The notes under the pieces: generated by a model
The model's database searches: none
Told to the model about the DNA's origin: nothing
The model's input: only the letters and a program-made list of their open reading frames with translations
DNA from: Octopus bimaculoides
Lineage: Eukaryota
Length of the DNA: 33,242 bases
Direction of reading: 5' to 3'
Assembly (NCBI RefSeq): GCF_001194135.2
Contig: NC_068983.1
Span: 129,514,467 to 129,547,708, forward strand
Translations under genes and position numbers: made by a program
Shown here: piece by piece, positions 22,754 through 33,242 of the stretch
Layout of the letters: every line of letters begins with the position of its first letter
Position numbering within the stretch: the stretch's first letter is position 1

Positions 22754-24337
22754 TAAACATGATTCATAGTATTTTACGTGGAATACGTTTCACAAAAGCT
22801 ATCGCTATGAGTTTCTACAGAATAAATTATTTGACTATGTGTAAGATTTACTTCTTTTAATTGTTTATTTAAGTAATATTTGTCCATCCTTACATTTATA
22901 TACTTGTATATATATTGTAGTTATGTTGTTACTGTAGCGTTTCGACTTGTAAAATATGTCACATGTATCGAAGGAAATCGTCCCTTAGGAAATTGCAATT
23001 TATTTCTGAGAAGTACTTTAATGAAACTTTCCTTTCTTCGAACTTCAATATGCAGCATATTGATGAGTGGATGAAATGTACGTTTCCACAGCGGAGACTA
23101 CCAATCTTACAATTGGACTATCAGCTTTATTGCTGGAGTATACTGATTTATATGACTAACTTTATATGACTAACTTTTGTCATCTATTTATATATGTTTA
23201 TATACAAATGTGATTAAATTTGTGCATATGTGATTCAGTTTGTTATTCATGTTTAGTCCCGTATTTTTGGAAGATATAGAATACGCTTTACATGTGTACG
23301 GTAATAGATGCATGATAGCAGTGTGGCTTTCAGAGTTTATTTTCACTAATTTGGAGCTGTCATATAGATGATGTTCAAACAGAAAATGCAGGCGACATTA
23401 ATTTAAACACTCATATTGGGTGTCATTTTTTTTGCAGTATATGTAGTCATTTACCAACAGATCATCAACGAAACAAGAATTCAATATTTTGTTTTATATT
23501 TCCTGAGAAATTCTACAGTAGGTAGGAGAGCTGTCTAGGTAAAATGATCATGTATGTACTTCACTATTTGACAACAGGTATTTGAAGATAGACATTTACT
23601 GATGGGGGCTACACAACATAACTCATGATTTTGGGAAGGAAGTTTATGTTGATTAGTCAATAAATTGATACACAAAATGCTATAAAAGTTTGCGCAACTC
23701 GTACTGAACAAAATTAAATATGAAGTTAAATGCTTCTTGACAAAAATATAAGTATTATATAGTAACACGATGAAAAACTAATTATCACGGAAAAAGACAG
23801 CTGTCCGTACAGTACTTGGAAGAGTTGTAGCCCCAACTCTGCCTTCATACGAGCTGCGTGAAAGCAAGATCATGAGCATTGTTTGGAAATCAGGTTGTAG
23901 AATCAGCTGTAAATAGTTCTTAATTCCTGGGAAAAGAAATGCAGCATTATTTATGACCACTACTGGTCAAGCGAAAATCACACACCATTCTCATTGGCAA
24001 TGCATTAGAGCAAGTTGAACAAATGACTCGATGAAATTCAGTGTGTTGTTCTGTAAAATTGGAGTTTGTTTCCTCATTTATGTCTCCGATCGTAAAATAC
24101 TCGAGAACCACATTAAGCTATCAACAAGTAGCCAATTGACGACTTTATCTGCTCCAGGATTGAAGTATTGTCTGCTACTGGAAATAGGGTGATTGATGTT
24201 TGATAAAAGTGTACAAATGATAATAAATATTTGTAATAGCTTAATCCCAATTCTTTAGTGTGGCGTAAAGAATTGTTGAGAATAACGTGGTCTTTCTCAT
24301 AACATAAAAAAACAAAAAGAACGATATCGATAAAGGT

Positions 24338-24341
24338 GATA

Positions 24342-24383
<42 letters not shown>

Positions 24384-24600
24384 GTGATGATGGTGGTGGT
24401 GGTGGTGGTGGTGGTGGTGGTGGTGGTAGTTGGTTTTATGTGGTGGAGACGACGACGACGATGATGATGATGGTGATGATGATGATGATGACGAAAAAGA
24501 CGTCGACGACGACAATGACGACTATAATGATGAAATTTGTGGTGTTGATGGCAATGATGATCGTGACGATAATGCAGATGATGTTGATGTTGATTGTCAA
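24338..24600. repeat. Compound (GAT)n-(GGT)n-(GAC)n trinucleotide microsatellite
   Basis: Visible; source of the poly-His/Ile/Met ORFs. Confidence 0.95.
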
Positions 24601-25663
24601 GCAATATAGAAGGAGGAGAGTGGTGAATTATAGAGAAATAATCAGAAAACGAATATGATAAATAACAGTCAACGTATTCTTTATCGTACGGTAATTAAAA
24701 TCACATACTAAAGAAGAAAACAAAAAACAATGCTAAAACTATTCAGGGCTATACTATTCTTTATATTGTTGCAATGTATCCAGTCGTTGTTAATTTAGTG
24801 ATGTTATAAATACCATCAATTTTTGATAAAATAACACAAAAACAAAAAGAATAAAATCTACGGGGCAATGTAAATTTAGGCCTCCAGAGACTCTCTTTTC
24901 AAACCCTATAATTTCTGAACTAACGCTTCAATAAACAAACATATTTTATACAAAAGAATTTTTTTTCATGTGTGTCAAACTGGCCTGCATCATTAAATTC
25001 AGTCAAGATAAATGTCAAATTGATATTGGCATATTTAGCATCAAATGATACTCATTAAATATCCTTGCGGTATATTTGTGACAGCTCAAATAAACCGATT
25101 GATAAAATATATTAGTGAAAAAGAATGATATATTTTCTTTTGTCGCAAAAGAAATTCAATGATATTTCTAAAGGCTACGTTCGCTTAGATCCAAACTCTC
25201 ACTAGTGTTGTCGAGATATCACTGCATGAATCTTTTCTTGGAACACACATATATACCACCGGAATCCATTACAACCTCGATATTACCATATACAATAATT
25301 GTTTACATTTACTTGTCTTCTTTTTGCCAGAACAATTATCACATGAATTACTTATGCTGCGTTATCACATTTCTAAACGCTTGTAGTTTTGATAAAACAA
25401 TAGAAACAATACATATTAACCTGTATGTTCCAAGGTGCTCAAAGACTTATCGCTTCATCATGTTTCTTTGATATAGTTTACACTAAACTAAATTCTCAGA
25501 GGTCAATGTTCCTCTTAGAGACGGTAGCATGTGGCATGAGGGGTGTACGTGTGTATAGGAACAAATGCATTTTGTTTCTATTTTTCGTAAGTCCTTTTTT
25601 CAAAGGAGTTACTCGAGTTAATTTGCAGGCTCCTCGACAAAGAGTGAAAGAAATGAAATAGGA

Positions 25664-25882
25664 AAATATTCTTTTCTACTCTAGGCATAAGAATCGAAAT
25701 TTTGGGGGAGAGGGCCAGTTGATTACATCGACCCGGTACGCAACTGATACTTAATTTATCGACTCCTAAAAGATGAAAGGTAACGTGTAACTCTGCTGAA
25801 TTTGAACTCAGAACGTAATTACAGGCGAAATACCGCTATGCATTTCATCTGGCGTGCTAACGTTTCTGCCAGCTCGCCGCCT
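25664..25882 (-). mobile_element. tRNA-derived SINE, full length, with 10-bp TSD
   Basis: Minus strand: ggcggcgagctggcagaaacgttagcacg (A-box-like TGGCAGAAACG) ... gagttcaaattc (B-box-like) ... cctttcatcttttaggagtcgataaattaagtatcag (central domain) ... tail ending cctagagtagaaaagaatatt. Flanked by tgaaatagga at 25654-25663 and 25883-25892. Confidence 0.93.
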
Positions 25883-26224
25883 TGAAATAGGACATTATTA
25901 TAAGATCAATGAACGAGCCTGAACTGTTATTACGTAACACACTAATTCGCTAACCACACCGACTTTTTCAGGTAGTTGTGCTAAATCGGGTTTTTAGGAA
26001 CTAAGAATGTAAAAGCCAGACCAAAGTCTAGAAGTCTAGTATTTTGACATCCATGTAACTTAATGTGTATTTGGTCGAGATTTAGAATCATAAGGCTGTA
26101 AATTAGATACATTGGTCCGGGCTTTACGCCCTACGATCTAACTTCACGTTAAATCTATATTATTGTAATATGTGTGAAATTACTACAAACTTTCATGATT
26201 TATTAACATTTGAAAGTTAACTGA

Positions 26225-26240
26225 TATATATATATATATT

Positions 26241-26290
<50 letters not shown>

Positions 26291-26335
26291 TGTGTGTGTG
26301 TGTGTGTATGTGTGTGTGTATGTGCGTGTGTGTGC
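26225..26335. repeat. (TA)n-(GT)n microsatellite
   Basis: Visible. Confidence 0.96.
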
Positions 26336-26899
26336 TCCACAAAATCAGTTATATATGAACGAAAAATATGTGTAGTGAGGTGCGTTCGAGTCTGATATGT
26401 ATTTAATAATAATTCTTCATATATGCATAAACGTACAAATACACTTACATAGAAATATATAGCCGATAATAAAATTCTTACATTCTCTATAGAGCCCAGT
26501 ATATTTAAACTTAGCTTGGTGGTTTTCAAATAGAGGCGTAACAAACATGCGTTCTAATTCTTTCTCATACGATAACAAAAATAGAGAATCCATCTAAAAA
26601 ACAGATCACGCTGAGTTGGATTTAAATTCTGCAGTTGTTAAGCTATGGCTTAGAGGAAAAAAGGAAACACATAAAAACTCAGTGTCGGATACTGAGCTGC
26701 CTATATTGATTATGTAAAGGGGAATTTATAGAGATTGCTAATATTAGTTTCGCACGTTTACTGCTTTTGAATTCACGCGATAAAGAACAAATAATTTCTC
26801 ATAATTCTTCCTATAACTTGTGTGGACACAAGGGCTGAAATTTTGTAATTAATCACTTAACATAATTTCAAAGTTTGTGTCAATATGCAACAGCATAAA

Positions 26900-27076
26900 G
26901 GCGGCCAGCTGGCAGAAACGTTAGCACGCTGGATGATAGGCTTAGCAGTCTGAGTTCAAATTCCACCGAGGTCGACGTTGCCTTCCATCGTTTCGGTGTC
27001 GATATATGAAGTAACAGTTACGCAGATTCGCGTCAATGTAATGGACTTATTATCTTTGCTCTCCTTGTTTGTCCCC
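26900..27076 (+). mobile_element. tRNA-derived SINE, ~20-bp internal deletion, different tail, 3'-truncated
   Basis: Head ggcggccagctggcagaaacgttagcacg and B-box/central region align to the 25664-25882 copy; the tail reads ...ctccttgtttgtcccc and stops at the 41-bp inverted repeat. Confidence 0.9.
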
Positions 27077-27586
27077 GTTGTATGTATACTGTCCGATATG
27101 AGGATATTACAAGTTTTCTAATCAGATTTCTCTGTCTTCATATAAACAGTTCTGTAGTAAACTTCTATCGGTGAATAGAAAACCTTCTTACTGCGGTAGG
27201 TCAGTGGATGAATGTCAATGAAATAATATAGACCAAGAATCAAACTGAAAAATGTTCCACTCGGAATGAGTGGTTAGCGATTTGCATGTCTTTGATTAAT
27301 TGTTCAATTAAGAAGTGAGTAGGAGATAAACTGTACCATATGACAACAATTTTGTCATTAAAGATCAAAAAAAATCAGTAGAATTACACCTATTTAAGTT
27401 CGAATATTTTGATAGTATTAAGATAGTGTCCAAGATTTGTTCCTACTCACCGATCATACTACAGCACTTTGGCAATATTGTGCATTTGTCCGGTATTTGA
27501 ATTAATTTTATATTAGGACATACCTATCATGGTTCTTTCATTGATAACTTGTAATATCCTCATATCGGACAGTATACATACAACGG
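27075..27586. mobile_element. Candidate MITE or rearrangement bounded by a perfect 41-bp inverted repeat
   Basis: 27075-27115 (ccgttgtatgtatactgtccgatatgaggatattacaagtt) is the exact reverse complement of 27546-27586. The 430-bp interior has no recognisable coding content, and no TSD flanks the outer ends. Confidence 0.55.
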
Positions 27587-28507
27587 AAATCAGTAGATCT
27601 TAGCGACTTTGTAGCTGGATTACTAAATATGTTTGAACTTATTTATAATTGACTGCCACTGGGTCATGGGAATTAATCAGTTATTGCTTAATGTGTTAAG
27701 GAAAACCATTGTGTAAATTAGAAACAAAATAGGTGAGACTGGAGATACTTGATATGTTATATTATTTGTAATTTATCATTACAAAGAGCCAATCTTGTAT
27801 CATAATGAGTGAGGAAGCGATCAACTCAGTTACAGAAACTTGGGAATTTCATGATTATATATATATATATATATATTCACTTAGAGTGTCTTCAACTATG
27901 TTATAGTGAAGAGTTTTTTGTATCTAATGAGATCAGGCTGGCTAGATTTTCGATATGTATCGAGCGTCTGATGCTGTGCTTAATTTTTGCATAAAAATAC
28001 TCACTGAGATTATTCATGAGAAATTCGATCTTAAATTTGAAAATATTGTTGCTTTTTCAGTAGGATTAAGAGCTAAGGTTTCATTGACAACAAATAACAA
28101 CATGGCTTCCTATTAAAATTATTTAAAATATGCACTACTGCCTAACGTTTGGGCAGCCGAGATTTTAAAAGTGTTCGCAGTATCCACCTCTTGTATAGAA
28201 GCTCTGCTAAGTAATTTCCAGTACGAACTATTTGAGTGGTAAACGTGACACCGAAAAACATCACGAAAACTAAGAAGATGCTTCACCAGCAAAACGAATA
28301 GAAATTAAAATAAATCTGTGTTATAACTACATGCTGCATTCTACTCTTTATTCGTGATACATGATAACAGAAATACACCTTTATTTTGTTCCAATTATAT
28401 TATTGCAAATATATGCATGCGATTATACATGTTGGAGTAGATAAAAACACATAAATCTGCATACATTTCGAGTGTTGCAATGGCAAGTATTTTGCTTTGC
28501 TGATATG

Positions 28508-29198
28508 NNNNNNNNNNNNNNNNNNNNNNNNNNNNNNNNNNNNNNNNNNNNNNNNNNNNNNNNNNNNNNNNNNNNNNNNNNNNNNNNNNNNNNNNNNNNN
28601 NNNNNNNNNNNNNNNNNNNNNNNNNNNNNNNNNNNNNNNNNNNNNNNNNNNNNNNNNNNNNNNNNNNNNNNNNNNNNNNNNNNNNNNNNNNNNNNNNNNN
28701 NNNNNNNNNNNNNNNNNNNNNNNNNNNNNNNNNNNNNNNNNNNNNNNNNNNNNNNNNNNNNNNNNNNNNNNNNNNNNNNNNNNNNNNNNNNNNNNNNNNN
28801 NNNNNNNNNNNNNNNNNNNNNNNNNNNNNNNNNNNNNNNNNNNNNNNNNNNNNNNNNNNNNNNNNNNNNNNNNNNNNNNNNNNNNNNNNNNNNNNNNNNN
28901 NNNNNNNNNNNNNNNNNNNNNNNNNNNNNNNNNNNNNNNNNNNNNNNNNNNNNNNNNNNNNNNNNNNNNNNNNNNNNNNNNNNNNNNNNNNNNNNNNNNN
29001 NNNNNNNNNNNNNNNNNNNNNNNNNNNNNNNNNNNNNNNNNNNNNNNNNNNNNNNNNNNNNNNNNNNNNNNNNNNNNNNNNNNNNNNNNNNNNNNNNNNN
29101 NNNNNNNNNNNNNNNNNNNNNNNNNNNNNNNNNNNNNNNNNNNNNNNNNNNNNNNNNNNNNNNNNNNNNNNNNNNNNNNNNNNNNNNNNNNNNNNNNN
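28508..29198. other. Assembly gap (N)
   Basis: Run of 691 N, followed by A20 at 29201-29220. Confidence 1.
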
Positions 29199-30038
29199 GC
29201 AAAAAAAAAAAAAAAAAAAATTAAACATTAATTTCACTCGGAACATCTTCTATTTTAGAACATTAACGAAAGCAAATCGTCTCAGCTTGAAACTAAGGGA
29301 CACTAATTGACATTAATATACTGTATGCTTGTTTTCCATTTTTCGCTGAAGCCAGAGAAAATCAAGTAGTTACCTTTCCATTATTATTTAATATTGAAGA
29401 AGAAGCAGTTCATTGAAATATGATTGCAAGCAGTTTATTACTTTGTGGAGATCATTTAGATTGTCCTTATGATGTCGCTATTGATATTAAAACATATTCT
29501 TGAATTTGAGGTATTCTTTGAATCCTTCTATCGTTCTACTTTCGGTTTATTAATATAACAAAACTTTGCACACAATAATTGAACTTTCATGAATAATATT
29601 GATAAGTATTTCTCTATTAGCCTCAAGGGCCGGTATTTATCCAGGAAAGTGACATTGAAAAAATATTTCCAAATATTTGGTGTATATTTAAATATAACAG
29701 CAATTCTGTGGTAAAACAACAACACACACTATACATTGAAACACGGGAGAATGTTCATCTACATAAGTGTAGTAAATTGAGTTTTGTTGCAAATAGGATA
29801 ATCTGATATCATGACTAATACCTGTAAATCGTTCAGTATTCGTATATAATCAAATATGAAGTGCACTTTCATCGGAAACTCAAGATATCGCACGTCCTCT
29901 GATATGTACCTCGATATGCCTATGTATATTGTGGGTATATGTTGCACCAACACTGTGACATATTGCGATATTTACGATGTTTCCCAATTTCCTATGCACC
30001 GGTAAGTAATTCTGAATTTTCGTTTTTATCTTTTGCAG

Positions 30039-30209
30039 CCACAAATAAGCACTTCCGGATCACTAAATACTTCGTACAACTTGAGAGCTACTTCCTGTCT
30101 TCTTTTTAATCTAGACATAAGTTTGCTTAGAAAATCTAACATTTTATTGCTGTTAATTATTTTCTCAAATTTGTGGCTGTATTTATCTTCCGTATCATCC
30201 GCGTCACCG
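30039..30209 (+). other. Candidate 171-nt symmetric exon (unverified)
   Basis: Strong acceptor ttttcgtttttatcttttgcag and donor CCG|gtaagg; only frame 0 is open (PQISTSG...ILLLLIIFSNLWLYLSSVSSASP). No homology recognised. Confidence 0.25.
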
Positions 30210-30707
30210 GTAAGGGGTGACATAGAAGTGTTATTCGTTGGTAGTAGATCACATCGATTCTCGATACCATACTTCACTTTTCCCTGGTTTGTGTGGCTCT
30301 AAGTATACGGGATATATTTTTTCTATGCTTCAAAATGTTTGGAAATGTGGTCAGTGGGAAAGTCTAAGTTGTAACTAGCTACAATAATCAAATCAGTGAC
30401 CGTCGCTTTTGCTTTTATTGCTGTTTTTCATCATTGTTTTCAGGACGTTTTTTCGCTTTCTGCAGATCATCAAGTGATATTACACGTAGTGTAACGTTTC
30501 GTGGTGGATGTAGTGGTGGAGGTCATAGTGATGCTGCTGAACAAAAATTCAAGATCAAAAGGAACCAAAACAGTGCTTTTTAAAGAAAAAGTTTAAAAAC
30601 AAACCGAAAGTGATAAAATTTCCTCGGTGTTAAAATCTCCTCCATGAAATAATAAAAATGATGGTGATGATGTTTAGGAGGAGGACGATAACAGATATAG
30701 AATAACT

Positions 30708-30768
30708 AGCAGCAGCAGCAGCAGCAGCAGCAGTAGCAGTAGTAGTAGTAGTAGTAGTAGTAGTAAAC

Positions 30769-30818
<50 letters not shown>
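30708..30818. repeat. (GCA)n-(GTA)n compound microsatellite
   Basis: Visible. Confidence 0.97.
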
Positions 30819-30819
<1 letters not shown>

Positions 30820-31192
30820 ACCGCAAGATGTCTAAGAACACTACAAGAAAACAACTTTCTCTGTCATGGTCAATGCGACGATCACAAGTTACACACCTTC
30901 CTTTAAGCATTGCGGTAAACAGCGGAAGTGAGCTAGATCCTTAAAACTTAGTGTGCATGCACAACATCGTTCAAGCCCAGCGTGTGCACAGCAGTTTTAG
31001 ACTGCGTGTTTTGCTTCATTAGTCCGGATATTTGTTGGTCAGACCTCGCATATACCTTGCACACACACGTTTGCTCAAGTACTGGTCTCATTATGTAATT
31101 TGCGTTTGATTGTATGTGAGAGCTGGCGCGTTGGATCATTTTCGAACACAAAGTTCCTTATTTGCGTTTTCTGAAAACTGAATATACTGCCT

Positions 31193-31283
<91 letters not shown>
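31193..31283. repeat. (CTA)n-(CTG)n compound microsatellite
   Basis: Visible; its organisation is the reverse complement of 30708-30818. Confidence 0.97.
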
Positions 31284-32631
31284 ACCTTTATGAAAGTTGA
31301 ATCCGATGTTATTTTCTGTGATAAGTCATTAGTTTATAATAAGATTTAAAATTACTACTTCATGCACCCCACGACACAAATAAGTTTCGTCTGCGTCAGA
31401 GTATATTCACAATACTGATTGCAACGACTCCTATCATTCATAGTTAATATTCCGGAATTGTGACGTCAAATATGATTATTAACTTGCACTTACATTGGAA
31501 CATGACATGTGCCCGGTTAAATCATTCTCGGATATGTTTATCTGCATGGATTCGGTCTAAAAGATATTTCGATCTTTTCTTATTAACATATTAACCCGAA
31601 GGTGGGGCATACATTTCAAAATACAAGGATCTTGTAATAAAGTAATATGGAAGTTAAGTATATAAGGATCTGTACCAGTAATAACTGGAGTATTAAAATA
31701 TACAATAGATATAAGTACAACAATGTGTTAATTCCGTCACAGGATATGAATTGGCCAAGAAATATACATGCAAACGTCGATCATTGAATGATAGACTTCC
31801 ATTTCATTAAGCATGTTATTTATCATGCAGATATTAGTACATCCCCTCCGGAATTATCCTTGTTACGATATCCCGTATAATTGGAAGGCATGTAATTGGA
31901 CGCTAAATTGATACCGATTTTCACTTCAATACTTGTCTGCTTAATACATATGCTTGATTTTTAAACGGTGGAAACTCTCCGTTGAAAAACAGTCATGTAG
32001 TTGCATCATAGAGATTTCCTAGATCCTCGAAGATATTATTGTCGATTGGAGAGTACACAACCAATGAGCAATTCTCTTCCTTCTAAGTTCCGTAATTACC
32101 TTTGAATTTTCCTTTTCGTCTCGAAACTAAGGTGGTTACGTCCTTATGAGTCACGTGTAAATCTTTCGGTCAAATACTAGTTTTTCATCGTCTCACTAGA
32201 TATTGGTATGGCGAACGTTAGCGAGGCAAGTATTTCCGAGACTCGAAATTCGAAACCAACTTCGAAAGGGCTGCGTGATATATGCATTTTTAAGTCGAGA
32301 TATATCAGTGACAAAGTAACTTAGTCTCTTAGATCTTCGGTAGATCTGTGTGGGTGTGGCTGATTGGAAAGTGGATTGCAAAAATCAAACAACTCATTTA
32401 TGAGGTTCCCAATTGCGCGACACATTCTGACATCATTTCCTTGAAAGTAAGCATGTATCTTGTCAACACAACCTAAAGACCGCTACATCAGGATTACGTT
32501 TAATGCTATTTGGTAAGTTTTTCTCTCACTTGAGTGCTTGTCCATTTCCTTAATGCTGGTCACAATTTACAAGTTATCGATGACATGAAAGCCGACGTGC
32601 AGAACCGTTCTGCTTGGAAAGAAAATTCCGT

Positions 32632-32775
32632 CTGTTGTTGTTGCTGTTGTTGTTGCTGTTGTTGTTGCTGTTGTTGTTGGTGTTGCTGCTGCTGTTGTTG
32701 TTGTTCTTTTTCTTCTTCTTTTACTTTTTCTTCATCTTCTTTTTCTTTTACTTCATCTTGTTTTTCTTGTTTTTC

Positions 32776-32807
<32 letters not shown>

Positions 32808-32944
32808 CTTCTTCTTCTTCTTCTTCTTCTTCTTCTTTTTCTTCTTCTTCTTTTTCTTCTTGTTCTTCATCTTCTTCTGCTTCTTCTTCGTCGTCGTCGT
32901 CGTCGTCATCGTCGTCATCGTCGTCATCCTCGTCGTCGTCATCG

Positions 32945-33037
<93 letters not shown>

Positions 33038-33242
33038 TCGTCTTCCATATTCTTCTTGCTGTTTCTGCTTCTTTCATTTCTATTTTTCTTTTTCTTATTC
33101 TATTTCTCGCTCTTCTTCTTGTTCTTCTTGTTCTTGTTCTTGTTCTTGTGGTTGTTGTTGTTGTTGTTGTTGTTGTTGTTCTTCTTCTTCTTCTTCTTCT
33201 TCTTCTTCTTCTTCTTCTTCTTCTTCTTCTTCTTCTTCTTCT
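32632..33242. repeat. Long compound trinucleotide array (TTG/CTG, TTC, TCG, TCA, TTA, then TTG and TTC again)
   Basis: Visible; runs to the window end and explains the poly-N/D/E/Q ORF 32560-33048. Confidence 0.97.

Noticed and set aside
23778-23960. Gypsy integrase fragment (LFQVLYG) or host exon
   Set aside because: A single short motif with flanking stops and no other LTR-retrotransposon signal.
25820-25882. tRNA gene in the SINE heads (also 26900-26965)
   Set aside because: A- and B-box-like motifs are present, but there is no cloverleaf, and the sequence continues into SINE body and tail.
32225-32510. Second RTE AP-endonuclease remnant (SISETR, PKDRYIRI)
   Set aside because: Only two short motif resemblances, without the intervening GVGF or consistent spacing; too weak without a profile search.
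32560-33048. 162-aa acidic/Gln-rich protein
   Set aside because: Almost entirely microsatellite; such arrays are abundant in this window and are stop-free by composition.

Overview
AT-rich, repeat-dense animal genomic DNA from a draft assembly. Six N-gaps total about 3.0 kb, and long di-, tri- and tetranucleotide microsatellites occur throughout. The SINE, LINE and transposase families resemble those I recall from octopus-type cephalopod genomes; this is an inference, not a database result. I recognise no intact host protein-coding gene, rRNA, tRNA or CRISPR array, and nearly all ORFs in the supplied track are artefacts of microsatellites or N-runs. The supportable content is transposable-element debris: a Penelope-like GIY-YIG remnant (~1.17-1.81 kb), a 5'-truncated L1/Tx1-type LINE with poly(A) and a 15-bp target-site duplication (4843-5327), a highly decayed RTE-type AP-endonuclease remnant (~18.5-19.4 kb), a near full-length dead DD37D/maT Tc1-mariner element (~20.3-21.6 kb) and three copies of a tRNA-derived SINE. 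Unexplained structures include a perfect 41-bp inverted repeat (27075-27586), a 154-bp direct repeat pair (4125-4278 / 5721-5874), a minisatellite with dimeric higher-order structure (16268-16435), a hairpin enclosing TTAGGG-like sequence (13268-13347) and two weak candidate exons. I found no convincing evidence of a novel biological system; the findings below are modest leads.
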